Position numbers and translations under genes: made by a program
Notes under the pieces: model-generated
What the model was told of the DNA's origin: nothing
What the model saw: the letters and a program-made list of their open reading frames with translations, nothing else
Database searches by the model: none
In this document: piece by piece, positions 9,728 through 19,446 of the stretch
Position numbering within the stretch: position 1 is the first letter of the stretch
Layout of the letters: every line of letters starts with the position of its first letter
From: Enterococcus phage VRE9_4
Strand: one strand, 5' to 3'
Sequence record: PP680570.1
Length of the DNA stretch: 64,000 nt

Positions 9728-10801
9728 TTACTTTCCGTCGTTATTTATAGCTTCAGTATAACGTTCTTTTTGTGATACGTCTTCTAAGTATTTTTCTCGA
9801 CATTCATCGCACAAATGCGACAATACTTCATTATCTGTATCAGACCAAGGAACGGTCCCTTTGTCTAAAAAGCAAAATTCGCATTGTTCAACTTCTTTTT
9901 TTTTATTACGACTTTTATAGGGAATAAAACTCGTTTCATCATCGTTATAATTTAGATAATCCGATTCATCATAAACGTCTTCATCTCCCCAGTAACAATA
10001 AGAACCATTTTGGTAATAGTTAGAATATCCATAATTACCATATCCAGCATAAGAATCTTCTTTATACTCATAAAATTTAGGATTTTGATATTGATCTTCT
10101 AAAATTTCCTTTACTTTTCTCTGAGTCTTATACATTTCGTTAATATAAATACGTTCATAACATGTATGTTCATCCATATAGCCTGCAGATAAATTTACTC
10201 CTGCGAAACCAAATTCAGGACAAACTTGACAAATATCTGTATAAGATCCATTGTGAGTTTTGAAACCAAAGCTGTTAATATATTCTTCAAAATCTATATT
10301 ATCTAAATAATAATAGACAGACTCTCCAAAGCCTTTACGATCCAATTGAATAGCGAAATTAATCTCTGTCAAGGCTGTTTGCACATCTTCTCCAAAATAA
10401 TTTTCTACATTTTTTGTAAAGAAACTAGACCCAATAGTTCCAATTTCCTCATCCCAACAAAATAATACATGAGGACGATAACCTTGTGTTAGCATATCTA
10501 AAATGCTAAAAACCCCACAACGGTCATCCCCACCAATGCCATCGGGACACCATAAAACATTTTTTTCTTTATCATGGAAAATAGTTTCCTCTGTTGGAGC
10601 TACTGTATGGACTGTATCTAAATGAGCCAACATAAGAACAGGAATATCTCCTTTAGCATAAATAAAACTACCATCAACACGATAAATATCTCTAGAATCA
10701 TACATTGATTCTATTTGACCTAATAAATAAAAATGAAGTCCCTCTTGTGTCATTTGTAAAATGTTTTTGAAGGTTTGTAAACCTAATTCTTTCTTTTGCA
10801 T
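9728..10801 (-). CDS. M20/M28-like zinc metallopeptidase homologue with Tyr/acidic low-complexity region and C-terminal Zn-ribbon
   Basis: LAHLDTVH, GGDDRCG and DEEIG motifs in the order H-D-EE typical of M20/M28/M42 co-catalytic peptidases; YAGYGNYGYSNYYQNGSY tract; CEFC...CDEC; start set at ATG 10801 (AAGGGGGA SD) rather than the longer track ORF. Confidence 0.55.
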   Translation of the reverse strand: MQKKELGLQTFKNILQMTQEGLHFYLLGQIESMYDSRDIYRVDGSFIYAKGDIPVLMLAHLDTVHTVAPTEETIFHDKEKNVLWCPDGIGGDDRCGVFSILDMLTQGYRPHVLFCWDEEIGTIGSSFFTKNVENYFGEDVQTALTEINFAIQLDRKGFGESVYYYLDNIDFEEYINSFGFKTHNGSYTDICQVCPEFGFAGVNLSAGYMDEHTCYERIYINEMYKTQRKVKEILEDQYQNPKFYEYKEDSYAGYGNYGYSNYYQNGSYCYWGDEDVYDESDYLNYNDDETSFIPYKSRNKKKEVEQCEFCFLDKGTVPWSDTDNEVLSHLCDECREKYLEDVSQKERYTEAINNDGK

Positions 10802-10821
10802 TTTATAAAATTCCCCCTTTT

Positions 10822-12021
10822 TTAATAATCCCAACCATCTTCGTCGTCCCAATATTCATCTTCGTCATAGTAAGCCTCTTCGTCAAAAAGACCTCCAGCT
10901 TCAATTGATCCATCAATAAAGAAATTACAAGTTGGACTTATAACTGAATCAACGCCTACTTCGAAACGAACATTGCATAATTCAGTTTCATCAGTTTCGT
11001 CATAAAAATCCTTATTGAAATGTTTTCTTAAAATATTTTCAGAATTATTTTCTCCTTCAACATTGTATTTTTGTTTGTCTAAAATAATCATTGGAACTTT
11101 ACTCATAGCTCCATGTGTAATATCATTATAGTGAATTTCACTACTTTCTCTAATAGTATCTTCTGCATCAGAAGAATCAATAAATCCATAGGCAACATTA
11201 TCTTCTCCAAAAGTATCTACAAATAATTTACGTAAAGCTTTAGTATTATTTTTATTAACTCCTGGATATGAGCGAGATAAAAAGATAGCATCTAACTCTG
11301 TATTGAACATGCCCATTCTACGCCAAATTTTATCTGGGATACTATCTTGACTTCCTAAAATGATTTGACAAATAAAACTTGAACCATCTAGTAAATAAGA
11401 AACTGGTCCAGCCCCATAACAACCATCAATAATAGAATGACAAGAAGACCATTCTCTGGTTTTGTTTACAGACATCATTAAAATATCAAGGGGATCAATA
11501 GAAACTTCTAAAACTCCACGAGCCAATAATGATTCATTAAAAGCTGATAGATAAATTTGTATTTGGTTAACTAGTTTTTTATTTTTTAAAACACGCTTAA
11601 GAGATTTAGAAATTTTTGCTCCAGCTTGAAATGATTCACCTAAAATTTCTTTATTTGTCATAAAACGGTTTTTTTGTAACTCTTCTAAAGAAAAACTACT
11701 AAAATAAAGTGCTATAATTTTCCCTTCGTTTTCTTCCATAGTCATTGATTTAACTTTAGACAAAAATGAAGAATAAAAAGCATCTTTAATTTCTGAATTT
11801 GACAATGCGTTTTCAACGCTTCCTTCTAGTCTTAGTTTGTTTCCAAATTTCTGAAAAATAGGAAATTTTGCTTGAGCCCAATCTCTTGCCCATGCTCGTC
11901 TAGTATCTGTATCGAAACCACCATTGATGCTATATAAAATATTATCAATTTCTTCCCAAGATTTTTTCATCATTGGTTCCATCAATTTTAATTTTTCTTC
12001 GATAGTATATGTTTTTTTCAT
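10822..12021 (-). CDS. paralogue B of the 3-member family (core VSIDPLDILMMSVNKTREWSSC), highly acidic C-terminus
   Basis: 399 aa; conserved core + KIWRRMGMF; C-terminal EEAYYDEDEYWDDEDGWDY. Confidence 0.6.
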   Translation of the reverse strand: MKKTYTIEEKLKLMEPMMKKSWEEIDNILYSINGGFDTDTRRAWARDWAQAKFPIFQKFGNKLRLEGSVENALSNSEIKDAFYSSFLSKVKSMTMEENEGKIIALYFSSFSLEELQKNRFMTNKEILGESFQAGAKISKSLKRVLKNKKLVNQIQIYLSAFNESLLARGVLEVSIDPLDILMMSVNKTREWSSCHSIIDGCYGAGPVSYLLDGSSFICQIILGSQDSIPDKIWRRMGMFNTELDAIFLSRSYPGVNKNNTKALRKLFVDTFGEDNVAYGFIDSSDAEDTIRESSEIHYNDITHGAMSKVPMIILDKQKYNVEGENNSENILRKHFNKDFYDETDETELCNVRFEVGVDSVISPTCNFFIDGSIEAGGLFDEEAYYDEDEYWDDEDGWDY

Positions 12022-12048
12022 TGCAAAATCTCCCTTTTTTTTATTTTA

Positions 12049-12291
12049 TTATTGTAAATTAAAATTTACTCCTTGCTCTGTTAAAAAATATTTTCGAGGA
12101 GTATCTGAAGTTTTGTCTACCAACCCTTTTTTATTCAATGAAGTCAATACACCTGGAACACCATTAGGCATCATAAATGCTAATTCTGCCACACGTTTAG
12201 AAAACACTGCATCTTCTTCTTTGTCAATATGAGCTTCTTGTAAAGCTTTTAAAACTTGCGTACCTTTTTCTGTTAATTTAATTTCTTCCAT
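12049..12291 (-). CDS. small winged-helix-like protein (PadR-like wing PRKYFLTEQG); 6th member of wH paralogue family
   Basis: 80 aa; C-terminal LTSLNKKGLVDK...PRKYFLTEQG resembles wing of other five paralogues. Confidence 0.5.
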   Translation of the reverse strand: MEEIKLTEKGTQVLKALQEAHIDKEEDAVFSKRVAELAFMMPNGVPGVLTSLNKKGLVDKTSDTPRKYFLTEQGVNFNLQ

Positions 12292-12410
12292 TTAAAATCC
12301 GCTCCTATTTTTTATTTATTAACTCATTTTCTATAATATAATTATAACAAATTGAACTAACTTTTTCAAATTGTTATTTCTCATAAGCTATTTTATCTTT
12401 TTGTTTCTTT

Positions 12411-12440
12411 CATTTAACTTATAATTAATTATATCATCTA
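12411..12440 (-). promoter_or_regulatory. minus-strand copy of conserved promoter/leader cassette (TGATATAATTAATTATAAGTTAAATG)
   Basis: reverse complement of the cassette found 6x on plus strand; TTGAAT -35 14 nt upstream; a second TTGAAA-N14-TGTTATAAT promoter lies at ~12343-12371. Confidence 0.6.
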
Positions 12441-12454
12441 ATATATAAAAATTC

Positions 12455-12492
12455 AAATAAAAAATCCCAATCGTCTAGATTGGGATTAATTT
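12455..12492 (-). terminator. terminator hairpin AATCCCAATC/GATTGGGATT
   Basis: 10-bp perfect stem + T-run on minus strand after collagen-like gene. Confidence 0.65.
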
Positions 12493-12500
12493 TAAATAAT

Positions 12501-12842
12501 TTATGCGCCAGCTTGACTAACTGTAATTTCAATTGTAGATTGATCAGAAAGAGTAGCTGTTCCTCCAGTTACTTGACCACCTTCATTTGTTCTTAAAGCA
12601 ATAGCTGTAATAGATTTTCCATCTTCCCCTTTTGCTCCAGGAACTCCTTGGTCTCCTTTAGGTCCTGCAGGTCCGACAGGTCCAGTTTCCCCAGCAGGTC
12701 CAGCAGGTCCAGTTTCACCTGGTTCCCCTTTATCTCCCTTAGGTCCTTTTTGCTCTTGTAAGAAATCTACTAAAGAAGCAAATGATTCCTGTGTCATAGT
12801 TTTCCCAGCGGCAAATAATGCTTTAATTTGTTCTGCGCTCAT
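12501..12842 (-). CDS. collagen-like repeat protein (G-X-Y x ~17)
   Basis: [43 protein letters not shown]. Confidence 0.75.
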   Translation of the reverse strand: MSAEQIKALFAAGKTMTQESFASLVDFLQEQKGPKGDKGEPGETGPAGPAGETGPVGPAGPKGDQGVPGAKGEDGKSITAIALRTNEGGQVTGGTATLSDQSTIEITVSQAGA

Positions 12843-12904
12843 TTTATTTCCTCCTATTTTTTAAATATATTTGAGAGTTTATCTCTTTTTATTATGAAAA
12901 AGTC

Positions 12905-13120
12905 TTATTCTGCTTTTCCAACTTTTGCCTTACCTACTATAGCTTTTCCCACAATAGGTTCCTCACCTGAGTCCTCTTCTTTTTTATAAGCAATAGCTTT
13001 ATCAGTGGGACAAATCATATAATAGAAATCTTCCATCTTGTTTTTACGATAATTGACAACCATATAATTTTCTTCATATTCTCGTCCGCAATGAGAACAT
13101 ACATAAATATCTTTTTTCAT
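12905..13120 (-). CDS. small Zn-ribbon protein (71 aa)
   Basis: CSHCG...CPTD; C-terminal IVGKAKVGKAE repeat. Confidence 0.5.
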   Translation of the reverse strand: MKKDIYVCSHCGREYEENYMVVNYRKNKMEDFYYMICPTDKAIAYKKEEDSGEEPIVGKAIVGKAKVGKAE

Positions 13121-13183
13121 TCTCTTTCCTCCTTTTGGTAATCGCTAATATTATTAAAAAGACCTAATTTGAAACAATAAAAT

Positions 13184-13209
13184 AAAGCCCTATTATAAAA
13201 TAGGGCTTT
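13184..13209 (-). terminator. terminator hairpin AAAGCCCTA/TAGGGCTTT
   Basis: 9-bp stem followed by T-run on minus strand. Confidence 0.6.
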
Positions 13210-13217
13210 AAATCATA

Positions 13218-15089
13218 TTATTCTTTTACTTCGTCAGTTAATAAGAAATCAATAAATTCTTTATTAATAGGATTGTCTCCAGTCAAACGAAATTCAAAGG
13301 AACTATCTTCAAGAGGCTCCCATGAAAAACCTAAAGAATCTAAAATAATTTTAGTTTTTAATTGAAATTCTTCTTCCCGATTTTCACATTTGAAAATATA
13401 ATCCTTTAAAATTTTAAAGCAATCTTTTTTAGATGCACCTAATTCTTGATACTGTCTGAAAGTTTCATTCATTTTCCAAGCTTCATCAAGAATGTTTGGC
13501 AATTCCTGAGAAAAGATTTCTTTCCATTCATCAGAATTAATATCTTCTTCATCCTCATGATATTTTCCATCAACTCTCCAAATAAAGCAGTCATGGATAC
13601 AAGCAGTTGCTCCATCTGACAATTCTACAACATCTTCTTGAAGAATATAACTATCAAGAGTTTCACACCATGCAGCATCAGAATTCAAGATATATTCCTC
13701 TAAATAATCTGAGTAAGTAGCATCTTTTGCATAAACCCAAGAGTCTTCTTTAGATCCAATGGCATGAACAGCTTCTTCACTCCAAATATTTTGTCCTTCT
13801 TTAGTAGACCAAACGGTTTCTTCTCCACAATATTCGCAAACATAGACGATATCTCCAAAAATATCTAATACTCGAATACCATAATCTTCATCAAAACGTT
13901 CTTCACAACATGGACAGATTGATCTTGAACCATAGTAGCATTCTTCACAAAGACCTGAGGAACTTGCAGGATCATCTTTAGAGCCACATTCGAGACAAAC
14001 AAAAGTACTTTGTGCATTAATTGGGATAGTTTTACCTTCTTCAGCTTGGAAAATAACCGGAGATCGTAAACCTCGAATTGCATCATTCCAGTTGAAAGCA
14101 TCTACATAACCATATTCATTACAATCTGAACCATTTCTCCAACGAAAACGAGTTAAATTTTCTTCAATTTGGTTAATTTTCGCATTACCTTCCCAACCTA
14201 ATAAAGATAAAGTTGCATTACTAATCATATTTTGCAACCCATTATTCAAACGAGGATATCCTTTTTGAGATAAAAGAACTGGAACAGTTTCTTCTTCATA
14301 GTCAACTTCAGAAACGAACATCATTTGACGCCATACTTTTGGAGCTAAATAACCAAATTCTTCTAAATCTTTTTCCATTACAGTAAAACCAACAAAAGCG
14401 TCTGGTCCAACCATATAACCTAGTGTACCATTGTTGTATTCACCTTCGTCAGGATGCATACATGAACGCCAACTATTACCATAACTAATTAAGAATAAAT
14501 CTTCTGGTCTGATAGATAGAACAATTTTTCGTCCATCAAAATTTGCTCCCGAAGCAAAACTAGCCATCTCCCCACCAATAATTTTATTTTTAATATCAGA
14601 AACAGCTTCTTTTACTCCTTTAACTGAAGAAATGTTCTGAGCAGTTAATACCGACATATCAACTAAAGAGTTTAAAACTTTAGTTAAACGTTGTCCATGG
14701 AAAGGTAACATTTTAAATTCATCTTTCATAATTACCTTTTTATTTTCAACTCTAATTTTGTCTAAAGTATTACAAACCGATGTTTTAAAAACGTCAATGA
14801 AATTATAAGAAATATTCAAACCACGTAAATCAGAATATAATTCATCTTCTACATAATTTTTCATTTCTTCAAATGAAAATTCTTCCATAAAATCTTTGAA
14901 ATCTTTAGGATCTAAAACAATTCTTCCATTTGTTCCATCAAAGATTTTTTGTAGATAAGAGTTTTTCATTTCCATTCCTTTTGCGTAATAATCTAAATAT
15001 TGTGAGTCAGATAATGAACCCCACTCATAAAATTCATTAAAGATTTCTTTTAAATTTGCTTTAACCTCTTCAACGTTATAATTTAGCAT
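13218..15089 (-). CDS. paralogue C of the 3-member family (core LSIRPEDLFLISYGNSWRSC), multiple CxxC zinc ribbons, acidic
   Basis: 623 aa; conserved core + KVWRQMMFV; CLECGSKDD...CEEC, CPCCEERF, CEYCGEE clusters. Confidence 0.6.
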   Translation of the reverse strand: MLNYNVEEVKANLKEIFNEFYEWGSLSDSQYLDYYAKGMEMKNSYLQKIFDGTNGRIVLDPKDFKDFMEEFSFEEMKNYVEDELYSDLRGLNISYNFIDVFKTSVCNTLDKIRVENKKVIMKDEFKMLPFHGQRLTKVLNSLVDMSVLTAQNISSVKGVKEAVSDIKNKIIGGEMASFASGANFDGRKIVLSIRPEDLFLISYGNSWRSCMHPDEGEYNNGTLGYMVGPDAFVGFTVMEKDLEEFGYLAPKVWRQMMFVSEVDYEEETVPVLLSQKGYPRLNNGLQNMISNATLSLLGWEGNAKINQIEENLTRFRWRNGSDCNEYGYVDAFNWNDAIRGLRSPVIFQAEEGKTIPINAQSTFVCLECGSKDDPASSSGLCEECYYGSRSICPCCEERFDEDYGIRVLDIFGDIVYVCEYCGEETVWSTKEGQNIWSEEAVHAIGSKEDSWVYAKDATYSDYLEEYILNSDAAWCETLDSYILQEDVVELSDGATACIHDCFIWRVDGKYHEDEEDINSDEWKEIFSQELPNILDEAWKMNETFRQYQELGASKKDCFKILKDYIFKCENREEEFQLKTKIILDSLGFSWEPLEDSSFEFRLTGDNPINKEFIDFLLTDEVKE

Positions 15090-15124
15090 AAATGAAAAAC
15101 TCCCTTTCTTTAACTTATATAAAT

Positions 15125-15153
15125 ATTATATCATTTTAAAAATTACTTTTCAA
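15125..15153 (-). promoter_or_regulatory. promoter TTGAAA-N14-TGATATAAT for paralogue C
   Basis: reverse-strand reading; same leader style (ATTTATATAAGTTAAAGAAAGGGAG) as plus-strand cassette. Confidence 0.6.
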
Positions 15154-15390
15154 ATAATGTTTTTAAAATCTAAACTTTATTTGAAGTTTCGTTTCTAAAA
15201 CTTGATTACAAAACTATTATATAATTTTAAAAAAAGTTTTTCAACCAAGAGCAACGAAAGGTTTAGCCTCTAGTCAAAAACATATTTGATTTTTTTTGTT
15301 TAATATATATTTTTATAAATATTTTTTTATTTAAAAAGGAAGTTTTTTGTTCATGTATTACAAATCCGCTCCCCATTATCGCTCTCTTGG

Positions 15391-15419
15391 GTTGACTTTA
15401 TTATATTTAATATATATAA
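15391..15419 (+). promoter_or_regulatory. TTGACT-N17-TATAAT promoter in divergent control region
   Basis: consensus hexamers, 17-nt spacer. Confidence 0.45.
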
Positions 15420-15458
15420 TTAATATAGAGTTTTGAGTAATCTTAAGAGTAAAAATTC

Positions 15459-15487
15459 TTGACTTTTTGATTATTATATGTTATAAT
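15459..15487 (+). promoter_or_regulatory. promoter TTGACT-N14-TGTTATAAT + TAATTATAAAGATAAAT leader
   Basis: same architecture as the conserved cassette. Confidence 0.65.
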
Positions 15488-15537
15488 TAATTATAAAGAT
15501 AAATAAAGAACTAAAATTTGAAGGAGTGTATTTTTAA

Positions 15538-15906
15538 ATGAAAGAAGAAATTATTAAAAAATTTATGAACGCCTTAAACATTTCAAGAGAAGCAGCTTTG
15601 GAGTTATACGACTATGATGAACGAGTAGAAAAAAGTAATAAGCCTGTAGAAGGAGAAATTATAGTTAAAAAGACTCCTAAAACTTCAAAGAAAAAAGGTA
15701 TTCAAAAAGAAGAATTAGATGCAATGAAAGATTTGTTGTCTAAAATGTTCCCTAATGGAGAAGAGTTTAAAAATAATCAATTATCTCCATTATGCGAAGA
15801 ATTAAATTTAACCAACAGACAAACTCCTTCAAGATTAAAAGCATTAAAAGAAGAAGGTTTCTTAGAAGACTTAGGTGGTTCACCTAAAAAATATAAGATT
15901 AAATAA
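15538..15906 (+). CDS. small winged-helix DNA-binding protein, paralogue family member (wH-1)
   Basis: 122 aa; C-terminal NRQTPSRLKALKEEGFLEDLGGSPKKYKIK shared with 31397, 47024, 50569, 52613 genes. Confidence 0.6.
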   Translation: MKEEIIKKFMNALNISREAALELYDYDERVEKSNKPVEGEIIVKKTPKTSKKKGIQKEELDAMKDLLSKMFPNGEEFKNNQLSPLCEELNLTNRQTPSRLKALKEEGFLEDLGGSPKKYKIK

Positions 15907-15928
15907 GACAGAATGTCTTGGTTTTTTC
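15906..15928 (+). terminator. terminator AGACA-GAA-TGTCT + T7
   Basis: hairpin immediately after stop followed by GGTTTTTTC. Confidence 0.5.
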
Positions 15929-15990
15929 AGAGAAACTTTCTTATATTGAGTTTTAAATAAACTACCGATATAGGAGAGGATGAAAGTTTT

Positions 15991-18123
15991 ATGTTAAATG
16001 TAATGAAAAAAGATGGTCATATTGAAGTTTTTGATACGAAGAAAATTCAGGAGGCAATTTTAGCTTCTGCAAGGAAAATTCTTTCTAACGAAGAAGAATA
16101 TGATATGCAGCAAAAAGCTTTAATTATTGCGAATGAGGTAACTCGTTTCTTAAATTCAACTGAAGATGAAAATGCAGTTATTATGACATCTAAAATTCAT
16201 AATGTTGTTCTTGAGATTCTGTCTAAGGAATGGGAAGTTGTTGGAGCTTCTTATGGGATGTATAGAAATTATAGAAAACAAATGGCTAAAACATTTTTAA
16301 AAAGTTATGAGGAATCCGAAACTGTTCTTCATGATGGAGATAAAGAAAATGCTAACAAAGACAGTGATTTGAATAGTACAAAACAAGCCTTAATTGCAAA
16401 CAATAATATGCGTGGTTATATGGAAACATTTGAAATGGATAAAGATTGGATTGAAGCTCATAAACAAGGTTGGATACACATCCATGACTTGGCAGAGCGT
16501 TATTTACGCCAGCAAAATTGTTGTTTGTTTAACATGGCAGGTTTATTAGATGGTGGTTTTCAATTAAATGGAACAGTTTATGCAGAACCTAAACATTTTG
16601 ATTCTGCTATTAATGTAGTAGGAGATGTTACTTTATTTGCTTCTGCACAGCAATATGGTGGTTTTACTATTCCTGAGATAGATACTGTTTTAGCTAAATA
16701 TGCTGAAAAAAGTTATCAATCGAACTTAAAATTTATTTTAGATAAATTTGGGAGTATTACCAATGAAAATATTATGGAAACGCTAGAACAAACAGCTTAT
16801 GACATGACTGTTAGAGAGCTAGAACAAGGATTCCAAGGCTTTGAAACAAAATTAAATACAATTAGTAATTCTTTAGGACAAATCCCTTTTGTAACAATTA
16901 CTTTTGGCTTGGATACGACCCAATGGGGGAGAGAAATTTCTAAAGCTATTTTGAATGTACGAATTAAAGGAATTGGAGAAAATAAATCAACAGCCGTATT
17001 TCCTAAATTATCTTTTTTACATAGAGAGGAAATTAATGGAAGTCCAGAATCTCCTAACTATGACATTAAACAATTAGGAATTCAATGTTCTCGATTAAGA
17101 CTATACCCTGATTGGTTATCACTAGATAGTGGAAACCTTGCAGAAGTATATGAAAGATCTAATCAAGTTGTATCTGGGATGGGTTGTAGGGCATATTTAA
17201 GTCCATTCTGGGATGAACAAGGAAACGAAATTTATACTGGACGATCTAATATTGGAGCTGTTACGTTGAACCTTCCTAAAATTGGCTTAGAGTCAAAAGG
17301 AGATTGGAATAAATTTTTTGATCTAATAGATAAATATTCTGATATTGTTTTTGCTATTCATGAAGATTACTATACTAAAATTAGTAAAACAAAAGGCTCT
17401 TCTAATCCTCTATATTTTTGTGAAGGTGGAGCTTGGACAAAAGTAGGCTATGATGAAGAAGTTGGAAAAATATATGAAGCTTCAACTGCTTCATTAGGAT
17501 ATATTGGAATTTATGAAACATTAAAAGCAATGGATGTTCCAAAAGAGGAATATCTTAAATACGGAACTAAAATTGTTGCATATTTGAAAAAATTAACAGA
17601 AAAAGCTACAATTAATTATAATCATTTATATGCACTTTATTCAACCCCAGCAGAAAGTTTGTGCTATAGATTCCAGAAAATTAATCGTAAAGACTATGGG
17701 GTAATTGAAGATGTAACTGATAGAGAATACATTACAAATTCTTTCCATGTTCCTGTATGGGAAGATGTTAGCGTTCCTGAAAAAATTGCTTTTGAAGCAC
17801 CTTTCCATAAACTTGCAACAGGTGGGCGAATTTCTTATAATGAATTTGTTTATGGAGTAGATAATTCTGTACTAGAACAAGCAATTAATTTTGCTATGGA
17901 AAAAGGAATGTATTATGGAGTTAACGTTGTTGCAGGAACTTGTAATCAATGTGGCTATAGTGGAGATTTTCATGATAACTGTCCTAAATGTGGAACTCAT
18001 GATATTACCGTAGTAACGAGAGTTTGCGGCTATCTTTCCTTTGATCAGATTCATGGTGACTCACGTTATAATCCTGGTAAACAAAAAGAAGTTAAAGAAA
18101 GAGTTAAACATAATTTCAAATAA
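15991..18123 (+). CDS. nrdD: anaerobic ribonucleoside-triphosphate reductase (class III)
   Basis: 710 aa; C-terminal CNQCGYSGDFHDNCPKCG zinc site and glycyl-radical motif RVCGYLS. Confidence 0.9.
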   Translation: MLNVMKKDGHIEVFDTKKIQEAILASARKILSNEEEYDMQQKALIIANEVTRFLNSTEDENAVIMTSKIHNVVLEILSKEWEVVGASYGMYRNYRKQMAKTFLKSYEESETVLHDGDKENANKDSDLNSTKQALIANNNMRGYMETFEMDKDWIEAHKQGWIHIHDLAERYLRQQNCCLFNMAGLLDGGFQLNGTVYAEPKHFDSAINVVGDVTLFASAQQYGGFTIPEIDTVLAKYAEKSYQSNLKFILDKFGSITNENIMETLEQTAYDMTVRELEQGFQGFETKLNTISNSLGQIPFVTITFGLDTTQWGREISKAILNVRIKGIGENKSTAVFPKLSFLHREEINGSPESPNYDIKQLGIQCSRLRLYPDWLSLDSGNLAEVYERSNQVVSGMGCRAYLSPFWDEQGNEIYTGRSNIGAVTLNLPKIGLESKGDWNKFFDLIDKYSDIVFAIHEDYYTKISKTKGSSNPLYFCEGGAWTKVGYDEEVGKIYEASTASLGYIGIYETLKAMDVPKEEYLKYGTKIVAYLKKLTEKATINYNHLYALYSTPAESLCYRFQKINRKDYGVIEDVTDREYITNSFHVPVWEDVSVPEKIAFEAPFHKLATGGRISYNEFVYGVDNSVLEQAINFAMEKGMYYGVNVVAGTCNQCGYSGDFHDNCPKCGTHDITVVTRVCGYLSFDQIHGDSRYNPGKQKEVKERVKHNFK

Positions 18124-18135
18124 AAGGAGAAATGT

Positions 18136-18429
18136 ATGAAAGAAAAGGAACAAGAGGTTATTGAAAAGTTATATGCTTATGTATCAGAAATGGATATTGT
18201 TTTAGCAGAAAAGAAACTACAAACAATTTCTTTAATACTTTTTATTCTTATAGGAGGATATTGTTTAATCTTTTCTTGCCCTGTATTTATTAATATTGTT
18301 TCTTTATCTGGCTTAGCTTATTTTGCTTTTACTTTATTTGCAAATTTAATGCTTGAACGACTTTTGGATAAAGAAATTTCAAAAAATGAAGTTTTATTAG
18401 AACAAATTCTTAAAAATAAAGAAAAATAA
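18136..18429 (+). CDS. small membrane protein (2 TM)
   Basis: LILFILIGGYCLIFSCPVFINIVSLSGLAYFAFTLF. Confidence 0.5.
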   Translation: MKEKEQEVIEKLYAYVSEMDIVLAEKKLQTISLILFILIGGYCLIFSCPVFINIVSLSGLAYFAFTLFANLMLERLLDKEISKNEVLLEQILKNKEK

Positions 18430-18450
18430 AAAGGAAGGAAGTTTTTTAAA

Positions 18451-18615
18451 ATGATGTTTATTGCAGTTTTTTGTGGGATTTGCGTCCTATTATTAATTGG
18501 TTCTGGAATGAAAGCAAATATAGGAAGAGATACTACGAGATTAGAGAATATGGCTTACTTAATGTTTGCCATATTCTTAATTTTGTTTATCCTAATTTTA
18601 ATTGGGGGAGCATAA
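18451..18615 (+). CDS. small membrane protein (54 aa, not in ORF track)
   Basis: AAGGAAGGAAG SD, ATG 18451; MMFIAVFCGICVLLLIGSG... Confidence 0.35.
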   Translation: MMFIAVFCGICVLLLIGSGMKANIGRDTTRLENMAYLMFAIFLILFILILIGGA

Positions 18616-18616
18616 T

Positions 18617-19138
18617 ATGGCTTATTTACACAATATAAAAAAATATGATATGGAAAACAGTGGTTTAAAAGGAGCCTCGGTTTCTTTATGGTTTAACCAT
18701 TGTCCACATCATTGCCCAGGATGCTGGAATTCAGAAACTTGGAAAAGAAATGAAAACTTATATGAGGACAACCAAGAGGTAATAGAAGAGGTGCTCGATG
18801 GTCTTGATGGCGGACCGATGAGATTAAATACTCTTGCTCTTTTGGGAGGAGACCCTCTTAGCCCTAAAAATATAAAAGATACATTAGAGATTTTATCAGC
18901 AGTTAAAGCAAAAAGACCAGAGACAGAAGTTATTTGTTGGACTGGTTTTACTTGGGAACAGGTAACTAAAAGTAAGCTACTTAAACCAGTATTAGAATAT
19001 TTAGACGTATTGATTGATGGTCGTTTTATGATAGACCGTAGAATCGAAGGCAAAAAATATGGCTCTGACAATCAAAGATGTATTGATGTGAAAAAATCTC
19101 TTCAATGTGATAAAATATATTTAATGGAGGGATTTTAA
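18617..19138 (+). CDS. nrdG: anaerobic RNR activating enzyme (radical SAM)
   Basis: CPHHCPGCWN CxxxCxxC cluster; start moved to ATG 18617 behind GGGGGAG SD. Confidence 0.85.
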   Translation: MAYLHNIKKYDMENSGLKGASVSLWFNHCPHHCPGCWNSETWKRNENLYEDNQEVIEEVLDGLDGGPMRLNTLALLGGDPLSPKNIKDTLEILSAVKAKRPETEVICWTGFTWEQVTKSKLLKPVLEYLDVLIDGRFMIDRRIEGKKYGSDNQRCIDVKKSLQCDKIYLMEGF

Positions 19139-19446
19139 TGTTTAATTTTAATAAAAAAACAGAAAAAAGCTCTGTAAAAAAATATCGTAAAAAACCTGTT
19201 GAGGTAGAGGTATGGCTTTTTAACAGAGAAAATTTAGAAACAGCAGAAAGTTGGGTACGTAAGTATTCAGATAAAATGGCTTTATTTTCTCAATATGGTG
19301 GGGAAAAAATTTGGATAGAAATAAAAACTTTAGAAGGTGTAATGAAAGCTTCTGAAGGAGATTATATTATAAAAGGGGTTAATGGGGAATTATATCCTTG
19401 TAAACCAGATATTTTTATTAAAACTTATGAAGAGGTGACAAATTAA
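19138..19446 (+). CDS. conserved phage hypothetical protein (102 aa)
   Basis: ATGA overlap with nrdG; KPVEVEVWLF...GDYIIKGVNGELYPCKP. Confidence 0.55.
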   Translation: MFNFNKKTEKSSVKKYRKKPVEVEVWLFNRENLETAESWVRKYSDKMALFSQYGGEKIWIEIKTLEGVMKASEGDYIIKGVNGELYPCKPDIFIKTYEEVTN

